DNA of 64,000 nt, from contig CM120646.1 in NCBI GenBank assembly GCA_051362555.1, positions 10,106,001 through 10,170,000 on the forward strand. The letters are read 5' to 3'. Below the pieces are notes generated by a model. It was not told the DNA's origin. It did not search any database and saw nothing but the letters and a program-made list of their open reading frames with translations. This document shows, one piece after another, positions 24,395-40,000 of the stretch. How positions within the stretch are numbered: the first letter of the stretch is position 1; each line of letters opens with the position of its first letter. The translations under genes and the position numbers were made by a program. The DNA is from Lingula anatina (Eukaryota > Animalia > Brachiopoda).

Positions 24395-27300
24395 AGCTTA
24401 ACTTTATCAAAATTATTAATGTTTAAGTATTTTATCTTGTTAAATTAGTCACTTTTTATAATGTAATTTTCACTTTTTTTCAAATTATATATTGTTCTTT
24501 TTCCAGGTGACTCTTTCCATACAGCGTGGTGGCTTCTTGGTTAACTAATACTTTCTGTCTGGTCATGGCTAATTCCTATAGAAAAAGCAGGCAGTGAAAG
24601 ACAGTAGCAAGAGGAAAGCTATGTCTCATCCATGTGTACAATAGATGGTATGTGGCAAGATTTAGGACATTGTCAAATGGTGTGCTTAACCCTGATTCCA
24701 GAAACCCATTGCAAGGAGGAATCTGCATCTGGTATTGGTAGTAAGGAGCAGTCTTGAATGGGCATATATTGTTTTCCAGATGACAGTTATGGGTAATTTT
24801 CCACCTCTCACACAAACAAACACAAATCATAACATTTGCTTTTTCATTTGAGACTAAATTATATGTTGTAAAATTGGAAATAATTTTTTCGGTATTTCTA
24901 ATTCTTCTTATACAAATTGCCAATAAACAACATTTCTATTACACACAGTCTGTTGGTAAGCTTATCAGATTTTTATTGGTGTCAAGCATCATTTGTCCAA
25001 ATTTCACTAATATTGGACCTGATTTGTCAAAATTATTAACGTTTAACTATTTTAATCCATGGAATTTGCTAGTCTTTTCAATGTAATTTTCAGTTTTCTC
25101 AAATATATTGTCCAAAAAAATCTTTTTCATGGGACACAGTCAACTGATGAGCTTATCACAGATTTTTATTGGGGCTAAGCATCATTTGTCCAAATTTCAC
25201 TAATATTGGACCCGATTTATCAAAATTATTAACATTTAACTATTTTAATGCATGGAATTTGCTAGTCTTTTCAATGTAATTTTCAGTTTTCTCAAATATA
25301 TTGTCCAAAAAAATCTTTTTCATGGGTCATAGTCAACTGATGAGCTTATCACAGATATTTATTGATGTTAAGCATCATTTGTCCAAATTTTACAAATTTT
25401 GAACCTGATTTCTCAAAATTATTAACTTTTAACTATTTTAATCCATGGAATTTGCTAGTCTTTTCAATGTAATTTTCAGTTTTCTCAAATATATTGTCCA
25501 AAAAAATCTTTTTCATGGGACACAGTCAACTGATGAGCTTATCACAGATTTTTATTGGGGCTAAGCATCATTTGTCCAAATTTCACTAATATTGGACCTG
25601 ATTTATCAAAATTATTAACATTTAACTATTTTAATGCATGGAATTTGCTAGTCTTTTCAATGTAATTTTCAGTTTTCTCAAATATATTGTCCAAACAAAT
25701 CTTTTTCATTGGTCACAGTCAACTGATGAGCTTATCTCAGATTTTTATTGATGTTAAGCATCATTTGTCCAAATTTTACAAATATTGGACCTGATTTGTC
25801 AAAATTATTAACGTTTAACTATTTTAATCCATGGAATTTGCTAGTCTTTTCAATGTAATTTTCAGTTTTGTCAAATACATTGTCCAAAAAAATCTTTTTC
25901 ATGGGTCACAGTCAACTTATGAGCTAATCACAGATTTTTATTGATGTTAAGCATCATTTGTCCAGATTTCACAAAAATTAGACCAGATTTGTCAAATTAT
26001 TAACTTTTAACTATTTTAATCCATGGAATTTGCCAGTCTTTTCAATGTAATTTTCAGTTTTGTCAAATACATTGTCCAAAAAAATCTTTTTCATTGGTCA
26101 CAGTCAACTGATGAGCTTATCACAGATTTTTATTGATGTTAAGCATCATTTATCCAAATTTTACAAATATTGGACCTGATTTGTCAAAATTATTAACGTT
26201 TAACTATTTTAATCCATGGAATTTGCTAGTCTTTTCAATGTAATATTCAGTTTTCTCAAATATATTGTCCAAAAAAATCTTTTTCATGGGTCACAGTCAA
26301 CTGATAAGCTTATCACAGATTTTTATTGATGTTAAGCATCATTTGTCCAGATTTCACAAAAATTAGACCAGATTTGTCAAAATTATTAACGTTTAACTAT
26401 TTTAATCCATGGAATTTGCCAGTCTTTTCAATGTAGTTTTCAGTTTTCTCAAATATCTTGTCCATAAAAATCTTTTTCATTGGTCACAGTCAACTGATAA
26501 GCTTATCTCAGATTTTTATTGATGTTAAGCATCATTTGTCCAAATTTTACAAATATTGGACCTGATTTATCAAAATTATTAACGTTTAACTATTTTAATC
26601 CATGGAATTTGCTAGTCTTTGCAATGTAATTTTCAGTTTTTTCAAATATATTGTCCAAAAAAATCTTTTTCATGGGTCACAGTCAACTGATAAGCTTATC
26701 ACAGATTTTTATTGATGGTAAGCATCATTTATCCAAATTTCACAAATATTAGACCAGATTTGTCAAAATTATTAACTTTTAACTATTTTAATCCATGGAA
26801 TTTGCCAGTCTTTTCAATGTAATATTCAGTTTTCTCAAATATATTGTCCATAAAAATCTTTTTCATGGGTCACAGTCAACTATAAAGCTTAACTTTATCA
26901 AAATTATTAATGTTTAAGTATTTTATCTTGTTAAATTAGTCACTTTTTATAATGTAATTTTCACTTTTTTTCAAATTATATATTGTTCTTTTTCCAGGTG
27001 ACTCTTTCCATACAGCGTGGTGGCTTCTTGGTTAACTAATACTTTCTGTCTGGTCATGGCTAATTCCTATAGAAAAAGCAGGCAGTGAAAGACAGTAACA
27101 AGAGGAAAGCTATGTCTCATCCATGTGTACAATAGATGGTATGTGGCAAGATTTAGGACATTGTCAAATGGTGTGCTTAACCCTGATTCCAGAAACCCAT
27201 TGCAAGGAGGAATCTGCATCTGGTATTGGTAGTAAGGAGCAGTCTTGAATGGGCATATATTGTTTTCCAGATGACAGTTATGGGTAATTTTCCACCTCTC

Positions 27301-30300
27301 ACACAAACAAACACAAATCATAACATTTGCTTTTTCATTTGAGACTAAATTATATGTTGTAAAATTGGAAATAATTTTTTCGGTATTTCTAATTCTTCTT
27401 ATACAAATTGCCAATAAACAACATTTCTATTACACACAGTCTGTTGGTAAGCTTATCACAGATTTTTATTGGTGTCAAGCATCATTTGTCCAAATTTCAC
27501 TAATATTGGACCTGATTTGTCAAAATTATTAACGTTTAACTATTTTAATCCATGGAATTTGCTAGTCTTTTCAATGTAATTTTCAGTTTTCTCAAATATA
27601 TTGTCCAAAAAAATCTTTTTCATGGGACACAGTCAACTGATGAGCTTATCACAGATTTTTATTGGGGCTAAGCATCATTTGTCCAAATTTCACTAATATT
27701 GGACCTGATTTATCAAAATTATTAACATTTAACTATTTTAATGCATGGAATTTGCTAGTCTTTTCAATGTAATTTTCAGTTTTCTCAAATATATTGTCCA
27801 AAAAAATCTTTTTCATTGGTCACAGTCAACTGATGAGCTTATCTCAGATTTTTATTGATGTTAAGCATCATTTGTCCAAATTTTACAAATATTGGACCTG
27901 ATTTGTCAAAATTATTAACGTTTAACTATTTTAATCCATGGAATTTGCTAGTCTTTTCAATGTAATTTTCAGTTTTGTCAAATACATTGTCCAAAAAAAT
28001 CTTTATCATGGGTCACAGTCAACTTATGAGCTAATCACAGATTTTTATTGATGTTAAGCATCATTTGTTCAGATTTCACAAAAATTAGACCAGATTTGTC
28101 AAAATTATTAACTTTTAACTATTTTAATCCATGGAATTTGCCAGTCTTTTCAATGTAGTTTTCAGTTTTCTCAAATATCTTGTCCAAAAAAATCTTTTTC
28201 ATTGGTCACAGTCAACTGATGAGCTTATCTCAGATTTTTATTGATGTTAAGCATCATTTGTCCAAATTTTACAAATATTGGACCTGATTTGTCAAAATTA
28301 TTAACGTTTAACTATTTTAATCCATGGAATTTGCTAGTCTTTTCAATGTAATTTTCAGTTTTCTCAAATATATTGTCCAAAAAAATCTTTTTCATGGGTC
28401 ACAGTCAACTGATAAGCTTATCACAGATTTTTATTGATGTTAAGCATCATTTGTCCAAATTTTACAAATATTGGACCTGATTTGTCAAAATTATTAACGT
28501 TTAACTATTTTAATCCATGGAATTTGCTAGTCTTTTCAATGTAATTTTCAGTTTTCTCAAATATATTGTCCAAAAAAATCTTTTTCATGGGTCACAGTCA
28601 ACTGATAAGCTTATCACAGATTTTTATTGATGTTAAGCATCATTTATCCAAATTTCACAAATATTAGACCAGATTTGTCAAAATTATTAACTTTTAACTA
28701 TTTTAATCCATGGAATTTGCCAGTCTTTTCAATGTAATATTCAGTTTTCTCAAATATATTGTCCATAAAAATCTTTTTCATGGGTCACAGTCAACTATAA
28801 AGCTTAACTTTATCAAAATTATTAATGTTTAAGTATTTTATCTTGTTAAATTAGTCACTTTTTATAATGTAATTTTCACTTTTTTTCAAATTATATATTG
28901 TTCTTTTTCCAGGTGACTCTTTCCATACAGCGTGGTGGCTTCTTGGTTAACTAATACTTTCTGTCTGGTCATGGCTAATTCCTATAGAAAAAGCAGGCAG
29001 TGAAAGACAGTAGCAAGAGGAAAGCTATGTCTCATCCATGTGTACAATAGATGGTATGTGGCAAGATTTAGGACATTGTCAAATGGTGTGCTTAACCCTG
29101 ATTCCAGAAACCCATTGCAAGGTAGAATCTGCATCTGGTATTGGTAGTAAGGAGCAGTCTTGAATGGGCATATATTGTTTTCCAGATGACAGTTATGGGT
29201 AATTTTCCACCTCTCACACAAACAAACACAAATCATAACATTTGCTTTTTCATTTGAGACTAAATTATATGTTGTAAAATTGGAAATAATTTTTTCGGTA
29301 TTTCTAATTCTTCTTATACAAATTGCCAATAAACAACATTTCTATTACACACAGTCTGTTGGTAAGCTTATCAGATTTTTATTGGTGTCAAGCATCATTT
29401 GTCCAAATTTCACTAATATTGGACCTGATTTGTCAAAATTATTAACGTTTAACTATTTTAATCCATGGAATTTGCTAGTCTTTTCAATGTAATTTTCAGT
29501 TTTCTCAAATATATTGTCCAAAAAAATCTTTTTCATGGGACACAGTCAACTGATGAGCTTATCACAGATTTTTATTGGGGCTAAGCATCATTTGTCCAAA
29601 TTTCACTAATATTGGACCTGATTTATCAAAATTATTAACATTTAACTATTTTAATGCATGGAATTTGCTAGTCTTTTCAATGTAATTTTCAGTTTTCTCA
29701 AATATATTGTCCAAAAAAATCTTTTTCATTGGTCACAGTCAACTGATGAGCTTATCTCAGATTTTTATTGATGTTAAGCATCATTTGTCCAAATTTTACA
29801 AATATTGGACCTGATTTGTCAAAATTATTAACGTTTAACTATTTTAATCCATGGAATTTGCTAGTCTTTTCAATGTAATTTTCAGTTTTCTCAAATATAT
29901 TGTCCAAAAAAATCTTTTTCATGGGTCACAGTCAACTGATAAGCTTATCACAGATTTTTATTGATGTTAAGCATCATTTGTCCAAATTTTACAAATATTG
30001 GACCTGATTTGTCAAAATTATTAACGTTTAACTATTTTAATCCATGGAATTTGCTAGTCTTTTCAATGTAATTTTCAGTTTTCTCAAATATATTGTCCAA
30101 AAAAATCTTTTTCATGGGTCACAGTCAACTGATAAGCTTATCACAGATTTTTATTGATGTTAAGCATCATTTGTCCAAATTTTACAAATATTGGACCTGA
30201 TTTGTCAAAATTATTAACGTTTAACTATTTTAATCCATGGAATTTGCTAGTCTTTTCAATGTAATTTTCAGTTTTCTCAAATATATTGTCCAAAAAAATC

Positions 30301-31084
30301 TTTTTCATGGGTCACAGTCAACTGATAAGCTTATCACAGATTTTTATTGATGTTAAGCATCATTTGTCCAAATTTTACAAATATTGGACCTGATTTGTCA
30401 AAATTATTAACGTTTAACTATTTTAATCCATGGAATTTGCTAGTCTTTTCAATGTGATTTTCAGTTTTCTCAAATATATTGTCCAAAAAAATCTTTTTCA
30501 TGGGTCACAGTCAACTATAAAGCTTAACTTTATCAAAATTATTAATGTTTAAGTATTTTATCTTGTTAAATTAGTCACTTTTTATAATGTAATTTTCACT
30601 TTTTTTCAAATTATATATTGTTCTTTTTCCAGGTGACTCTTTCCATACAGCGTGGTGGCTTCTTGGTTAACTAATACTTTCTGTCTGGTCATGGCTAATT
30701 CCTATAGAAAAAGCAGGCAGTGAAAGACAGTAGCAAGAGGAAAGCTATGTCTCATCCATGTGTACAATAGATGGTATGTGGCAAGATTTAGGACATTGTC
30801 AAATGGTGTGCTTAACCCTGATTCCAGAAACCCATTGCAAGGAGGAATCTGCATCTGGTATTGGTAGTAAGGAGCAGTCTTGAATGGGCATATATTGTTT
30901 TCCAGATGACAGTTATGGGTAATTTTCCACCTCTCACACAAACAAACACAAATCATAACATTTGCTTTTTCATTTGAGACTAAATTATATGTTGTAAAAT
31001 TGGAAATAATTTTTTCGGTATTTCTAATTCTTCTTATACAAATTGCCAATAAACAACATTTCTATTACACACAGTCTGTTGGTA

Positions 31085-34000
31085 AGCTTATCAGATTTTC
31101 ATTGGTGTCAAGCATCATTTGTCCAAATTTCACTAATATTGGACCTGATTTGTCAAAATTATTAACGTTTAACTATTTTAATCCATGGAATTTGCTAGTC
31201 TTTTCAATGTAATTTTCAGTTTTCTCAAATATATTGTCCAAAAAATCAATTTCATGGGTTACAGTCAACTGATGAGCTTATCACAGATTTTTATTGGGGC
31301 TAAGCATCATTTGTCCAAATTTCACTAATATTGGACCTGATTTATCAAAATTATTAACATTTAACTATTTTAATGCATGGAATTTGCTAGTCTTTTCAAT
31401 GTAATTTTCAGTTTTCTCAAATATGTTGTCCAAAAAAATCTTTTTCATGGGTCATAGTCAACTGATGAGCTTATCACAGATATTTATTGATGTTAAGCAT
31501 CATTTGTCCAAATTTTACAAATTTTGAACCTGATTTCTCAAAATTATTAACTTTTAACTATTTTAATCCATGGAATTTGTTAGTCTTTTCAATGTAATTT
31601 TCAGTTTTCTCAAATATATTGTCCAAAAAAATCTTTTTCATGGGTCACAGTCAACTGATGAGCTTAACACAGATTTTTATTGATGTTAAGCATCATTTGC
31701 CCAAATTTCACAAATATTAGACCAGATTTTTCAAAATAATTAATGTTTAACTATTGTAATCCATGGAATTTGCTAGTCTTTTCAATGTAATTTTCAGTTT
31801 TCTCAAATATATTGTCCAAAAAATCTTTTTCATGGGTCACAGTCAACTGATGAGCTTATCACAGATTTTTATTGATGTTAAGCATCATTTGCCCAAATTT
31901 CACAAATATTAGACGAGATTTGTCAAAATTATTAACATTTAAGTATTTTAATGCATGGAATTTGCTAGTCTTTTCAATGTAATTTTCAGTTTTGTCAAAT
32001 ACATTGTCCAAAAAAATCTTTTTCATGGGTCACAGTCAACTTATGAGCTAATCACAGATTTTTATTGATGTTAAGCATCATTTGTCCAGATTTCACAAAA
32101 ATTAGACCAGATTTGTCAAAATTATTAACTTTTAACTATTTTAATCCATGGAATTTGCCAGTCTTTTCAATGTAGTTTTCAGTTTTCTCAAATATCTTGT
32201 CCAAAAAAATCTTTTTCATTGGTCACAGTCAACTGATGAGCTTATCTCAGATTTTTATTGATGTTAAGCATCATTTGTCCAAATTTTACAAATATTGGAC
32301 CTGATATGTCAAAATTATTAATGTTTAACTATTTTAATCCATGGAATTTGCTAGTCTTTTCAATGTAATTTTCAGTTTTCTCAAATATATTGTCCAAAAA
32401 AATCTTTTTCATGGGTCACAGTCAACTGATAAGCTTATCACAGATTTTTATTGATGTTAAGCATCATTTATCCAAATTTCACTAATATTAGACCAGATTT
32501 GTCAAAATTATTAACTTATAACTATTTTAATCCATGAAATTGCCAGTCTTTTCAATGTAATTTTCAGTTTTCTCAAATATATTGTCCAAAAAAATCTTTT
32601 TCATGGTTCACAGTCAACTGAAGAGCTTATCACAGATTTTTATTGATGTTAAGCATCATTTGCCCAAATTTCACAAATATTAGACCAGGTTTTTCAAAAT
32701 AATTAACGTTTAACTATTGTAATCCATGGAATTTGCTAGTCTTTTCAAAGTAATTTTCAGTTTTCTCAAATATATTGTCCAAAAAAATCTTTTTCACTAG
32801 ACACAGTCAACTATTAAGCTTAACTTTATCAAAGTTATTAATGTTTAAGTATTTTAGCTTGTTAAATTAGTCACTTTTTATGATGTAATTTTCACTTTTT
32901 TTCAAATTATATATTGTTCTTTTTCCAGGTGACTCTTTCCATACAGCGTGGTGGCTTCTTGGTAAACTAATACTTTCTGTCTGGTCATGGCTAATTCCTA
33001 TAGAAAAAGCAGGCAGTGAAAGACAGTAGCAAGAGGAAAGCTATGTCTCATCCATGTGTACAATAGATGGTATGTGGCAAGATTTAGGACATTGTCAAAT
33101 GGTGTGCTTAACCCTGATTCCAGAAACCCATTGCAAAGAGGAATCTGCATCTGGTATTGGTAGTTAGGAGCAGTCTTGAATGGGCATATATTGTTTTCCA
33201 GATGACAGTTATGGGTAATTTTCCACCTCTCACGCAAACAAACACAAATCATAACATTTGCTTTTTCATTTGAGACTAAATTATATGTTGTAAAATTGGA
33301 AATAATTTTTTCGGTATTTCTAATTCTTCTTATACATATTGCCAATAAACAACATTTCTATTACACACAGTCTGTTGATAAGGTTATCACAGATTTTAAT
33401 TGGTGTCAAGCATCATTTGTCCAAATTTCACTAATATTGGACCTGATTTGTCAAAATTATTAACATTTAACTATTTTAATGCATGGAATTTGCTAGTCTT
33501 TTCAATGTACTTTTCAGTTTTCTCAAATATATTGTCCAAAAAAATCTTTTTCATTGGTCACAGTCAACTGATGAGCTTATCTCAGATTTTTATTGATGTT
33601 AAGCATCATTTGTCCAAATTTTACAAATATTGGACCTGATATGTCAAAATTATTAATGTTTAACTATTTTAATCCATGGAATTTGCTAGTCTTTTCAATT
33701 TAATTTTCAGTTTTCTCAAATATATTGTCCAAAAAAATCTTTTTCATGGGTCACAGTCAACTGATAAGCTTATCACAGATTTTTATTGATGTTAAGCATC
33801 ATTTATCCAAATTTCACTAATATTAGACCAGATTTGTCAAAATTATTAACTTATAACTATTTTAATCCATGAAATTGCCAGTCTTTTCAATGTAATTTTC
33901 AGTTTTCTCAAATATATTGTCCAAAAAAATCTTTTTCATGGTTCACAGTCAACTGAAGAGCTTATCACAGATTTTTATTGATGTTAAGCATCATTTGCCC

Positions 34001-37000
34001 AAATTTCACAAATATTAGACCAGGTTTTTCAAAATAATTAACGTTTAACTATTGTAATCCATGGAATTTGCTAGTCTTTTCAAAGTAATTTTCAGTTTTC
34101 TCAAATATATTGTCCAAAAAAATCTTTTTCACTAGACACAGTCAACTATTAAGCTTAACTTTATCAAAGTTATTAATGTTTAAGTATTTTAGCTTGTTAA
34201 ATTAGTCACTTTTTATGATGTAATTTTCACTTTTTTTCAAATTATATATTGTTCTTTTTCCAGGTGACTCTTTCCATACAGCGTGGTGGCTTCTTGGTTA
34301 ACTAATACTTTCTGTCTGGTCATGGCTAATTCCTATAGAAAAAGCAGGCAGTGAAAGACAGTAGCAAGAGGAAAGCTATGTCTCATCCATGTGTACAATA
34401 GATGGTATGTGGCAAGATTTAGGACATTGTCAAATGGTGTGCTTAACCCTGATTCCAGAAACCCATTGCAAAGAGGAATCTGCATCTGGTATTGGTAGTT
34501 AGGAGCAGTCTTGAATGGGCATATATTGTTTTCCAGATGACAGTTATGGGTAATTTTCCACCTCTCACGCAAACAAACACAAATCATAACATTTGCTTTT
34601 TCATTTGAGACTAAATTATATGTTGTAAAATTGGAAATAATTTTTTCGGTATTTCTAATTCTTCTTATACATATTGCCAATAAACAACATTTCTATTACA
34701 CACAGTCTGTTGATAAGGTTATCACAGATTTTAATTGGTGTCAAGCATCATTTGTCCAAATTTCACTAATATTGGACCTGATTTGTCAAAATTATTAACA
34801 TTTAACTATTTTAATGCATGGAATTTGCTAGTCTTTTCAATGTAATTTTCAGTTTTCTCAAATATATTGTCCAAAAAAATCTTTTTCATTGGTCACAGTC
34901 AACTGATAAGCTTATCACAGATTTTTATTGATGTTAAGCATCATTTATCCAAATTTCACAAATATTAGACCAGATTTTTTAAAATAATTAACGTTTAACT
35001 ATTGTAATCCATGGAATTTGCTAGTCTTTTCAATGTAATTTTCAGTTTTCTCAAATATATTGTCCAAAAAAATCTTTTTCATGGGTCACAGTCAACTGAT
35101 GAGCTTATCACAGATTTTTATTGATGTTAAGCATCATTTGCCCAAATTTCACAAATATTAGACGAGATTTGTTAAAATTATTAACTTTTAACTATTTTAA
35201 TCCATGGAATTTGCCAGTCTTTTCAATGTAATTTTCAGTTTTCTCAAATATATTGTCCATAAAAATCTTTTTCATGGGTTACAGTCAACTATAAAGCTTA
35301 ACTTTATTAAAATTATTAATGTTTAAGTATTTTAGCTTGTTAAATTGGTCACTTTTTATAATGTAATTTTCACTTTTTTTCAAATTATATATTGTTCTTT
35401 TTTCCAGGTGACTCTTTCCATACAGCGTGGTGGCTTCTTAGTTAACTAATATTTTCTGTCTGGTCATGGCTAATTCCTATAGAAAAAGCAGGCAGTGAAA
35501 GACAGTAGCAAGAGGAAAGCTATGTCTCATCCATGTGTACAATAGATGGTATGTGGCAAGATTTAGGACATTGTCAAATGGTGTGCTAAACCCTGATTCC
35601 AGAAACCCATTGCAAGGAGGAATCTGCATCTGGTATTGGTAGTAAGGAGCAGTCTTGAATGGGCATATGTTGTTTTCCAGATGACAGTTATGGGTAATTT
35701 TCCACCTCTCACACAAACAAACAAAAATCATAACATTTGCTTTTTCATTTGAAACTAAATTATATGTTGTAAAATTGGAAATAATTTTTTTGGTATTTCT
35801 AATTCTTCTTATACAAATTACCAATAAACAACATTTCTATTACACACAGTCAATTGATAAGCTTATCACAGATTTTTATTGATGTTAAGCATCATTTATC
35901 CAAATTTCACAAATATTAGACCAGATTTTTTAAAATAATTAACGTTTAACTATTGTAATCCATGGAATTTGCTAGTCTTTTCAATGTAATTTTCAGTTTT
36001 CTCAAATATATTGTCCAAAAAAATCTTTTTCATGGGTCACAGTCAACTGATGAGCTTATCACAGATTTTTATTGATGTTAAGCATCATTTGCCCAAATTT
36101 CACAAATATTAGACGAGATTTGTCAAAATTATTAACTTTTAACTATTTTAATCCATGGAATTTGCCAGTCTTTTCAATGTAATTTTCAGTTTTCTCAAAT
36201 ATATTGTCCATAAAAATCTTTTTCATGGGTTACAGTCAACTATAAAGCTTAACTTTATTAAAATTATTAATGTTTAAGTATTTTAGCTTGTTAAATTGGT
36301 CACTTTTTATAATGTAATTTTCACTTTTTTTCAAATTATATATTGTTCTTTTTTCCAGGTGACTCTTTCCATACAGCGTGGTGGCTTCTTAGTTAACTAA
36401 TATTTTCTGTCTGGTCATGGCTAATTCCTATAGAAAAAGCAGGCAGTGAAAGACAGTAGCAAGAGGAAAGCTATGTCTCATCCATGTGTACAATAGATGG
36501 TATGTGGCAAGATTTAGGACATTGTCAAATGGTGTGCTAAACCCTGATTCCAGAAACCCATTGCAAGGAGGAATCTGCATCTGGTATTGGTAGTAAGGAG
36601 CAGTCTTGAATGGGCATATGTTGTTTTCCAGATGACAGTTATGGGTAATTTTCCACCTCTCACACAAACAAACAAAAATCATAACATTTGCTTTTTCATT
36701 TGAAACTAAATTATATGTTGTAAAATTGGAAATAATTTTTTTGGTATTTCTAATTCTTCTTATACAAATTACCAATAAACAACATTTCTATTACACACAG
36801 TCAATTGATAAGCTTATCACAGATTTTTATTGGTGTTAAGCATCATTTGTCCAAATTTCACTAATATTGGACTTGATTTGTCAAAATTATTAACATTTAA
36901 CTATTTTAATGCATGGAATTTGCTAGTCTTTTCAATGTAATTTTCAGTTTTGTCAAATAGATTCTCCAAAAAAATCTTTTTCATTGGTCACAGTCAACTG

Positions 37001-40000
37001 ATGAGCTTATCTCAGATTTTTATTGATGTTAAGCATCATTTGTCCAAATTTTACAAATATTGGACCTGATTTGTCAAAATTATTAATGTTTAACTATTTT
37101 AATCCATGGAATTTGTTAGTCTTTTGAATGTAATTTTCAGTTTTCTCAAATATATTGTCCAAAAAATCTTTTTCATGGGTCACAGTCAACTGATGAGCTT
37201 ATCACAGATTTTTATTGATGTTAAGCATCATTTGCCCAAATTTCACAAATATTAGACGAGATTTGTCAAAATTATTAACTTTTAACTATTTTAATCCATG
37301 GAATTTGCCAGTCTTTTCAATGTAATTTTCAGTTTTCTCAAATATATTGTCCATAAAAATCTTTTTCATGGGTCACAGTCAACTATAAAGCTTAACTTTA
37401 TCAAAATTATTAATGTTTAAGTATTTTAGCTTGTTAAATTAGTCACTTTTTATAATGTAATTTTCACTTTTTTTCAAATTATATATTGTTCTTTTTCCAG
37501 GTGACTCTTTCCATACAGCGTGGTGGCTTCTTGGTTAACTAATACTTTCTGTCTGGTCATGGCTAATTCCTATAGAAAAAGCAGGCAGTGAAAGACAGTA
37601 GCAAGAGGAAAGCTATGTCTCATCCATGTGTACAATAGATGGTATGTGGCAAGATTTAGGACATTGTCAAATGGTGTGCTTAACCCTGATTCCAGAAACC
37701 CATTGCAAGGAGGAATCTGCATCTGGTATTGGTAGTAAGGAGCAGTCTTGAATGGGCATATATTGTTTTCCAGATGACAGTTATGGGTAATTTTCCACCT
37801 CTCACACAAACAAACACAAATCATAACATTTGCTTTTTCATTTGAGACTAAATTATATGTTGTAAAATTGGAAATAATTTTTTCGGTATTTCTAATTCTT
37901 CTTATACAAATTGCCAATAAACAACATTTCTATTACACACAGTCTGTTGGTAAGCTTTTCACAGATTTTTATTGGTGTCAAGCATCATTTGTCCAAATTT
38001 CACTAATATTGGACCTGATTTGTCAAAATTATTAACGTTTAACTATTTTAATCCATGGAATTTGCTAGTCTTTTCAATGTAATTTTCAGTTTTCTCAAAT
38101 ATATTGTCCATAAAAATCTTTTTCATGGGTCACAGTCAACTATAAAGCTTAACTTTATCAAAATTATTAATGTTTAAGTATTTTAGCTTGTTAAATTAGT
38201 CACTTTTTATAATGTAATTTTCACTTTTTTTCAAATTATATATTGTTCTTTTTCCAGGTGACTCTTTCCATACAGCGTGGTGGCTTCTTGGTTAACTAAT
38301 ACTTTCTGTCTGGTCATGGCTAATTCCTATAGAAAAAGCAGGCAGTGAAAGACAGTAGCAAGAGGAAAGCTATGTCTCATCCATGTGTACAATAGATGGT
38401 ATGTGGCAAGATTTAGGACATTGTCAAATGGTGTGCTTAACCCTGATTCCAGAAACCCATTGCAAGGAGGAATCTGCATCTGGTATTGGTAGTAAGGAGC
38501 AGTCTTGAATGGGCATATATTGTTTTCCAGATGACAGTTATGGGTAATTTTCCACCTCTCACACAAACAAACACAAATCATAACATTTGCTTTTTCATTT
38601 GAGACTAAATTATATGTTGTAAAATTGGAAATAATTTTTTCGGTATTTCTAATTCTTCTTATACAAATTGCCAATAAACAACATTTCTATTACACACAGT
38701 CTGTTGGTAAGCTTATCACAGATTTTTATTGGTGTCAAGCATCATTTGTCCAAATTTCACTAATATTGGACCTGATTTGTCAAAATTATTAACGTTTAAC
38801 TATTTTAATCCATGGAATTTGCTAGTCTTTTCAATGTAATTTTCAGTTTTCTCAAATATATTGTCCATAAAAATCTTTTTCATGGGTCACAGTCAACTAT
38901 AAAGCTTCACTTTATCAAAATTATTAATGTTTAAGTATTTTAGCTTGTTAAATTAGTCACTTTTTATAATGTAATTTTCACTTTTTTTCAAATTATATAT
39001 TGTTCTTTTTCCAGGTGACTCTTTCCATACAGCGTGGTGGCTTCTTGGTTAACTAATACTTTCTGTCTGGTCATGGCTAATTCCTATAGAAAAAGCAGGC
39101 AGTGAAAGACAGTAGCAAGAGGAAAGCTATGTCTCATCCATGTGTACAATAGATGGTATGTGGCAAGATTTAGGACATTGTCAAATGGTGTGCTTAACCC
39201 TGATTCCAGAAACCCATTGCAAGGAGGAATCTGCATCTGGTATTGGTAGTAAGGAGCAGTCTTGAATGGGCATATATTGTTTTCCAGATGACAGTTATGG
39301 GTAATTTTCCACCTCTCACACAAACAAACACAAATCATAACATTTGCTTTTTCATTTGAGACTAAATTATATGTTGTAAAATTGGAAATAATTTTTTCGG
39401 TATTTCTAATTCTTCTTATACAAATTGCCAATAAACAACATTTCTATTACACACAGTCTGTTGGTAAGCTTATCACAGATTTTTATTGGTGTCAAGCATC
39501 ATTTGTCCAAATTTCACTAATATTGGACCTGATTTGTCAAAATTATTAACGTTTAACTATTTTAATCCATGGAAATTGCTAGTCTTTTCAATGTAATTTT
39601 CAGTTTTCTCAAATATATTGTCCAAAAAAATCTTTTTCATGGGTCACAGTCAACTGATAAGCTTATCACAGATTTTTATTGATGTTAAGCATCATTTATC
39701 CAAATTTCACAAATATTGGACCAGATTTGTCAAAATTATTAACATTTAAGTATTTTAATGCATGGAATTTGCTAGTCTTTTCAATGTAATTTTCAGTTTT
39801 GTCAAATACATTGTCCAAAAAAATCTTTTTCATGGGTCACAGTCAACTTATGAGCTAATCACAGATTTTTATTGATGTTAAGCATCATTTGTCCAGATTT
39901 CACAAAAATTAGACCAGATTTGTCAAAATTATTAACTTTTAACTATTTTAATCCATGGAATTTGCCAGTCTTTTCAATGTAATTTTCAGTTTTCTCAAAT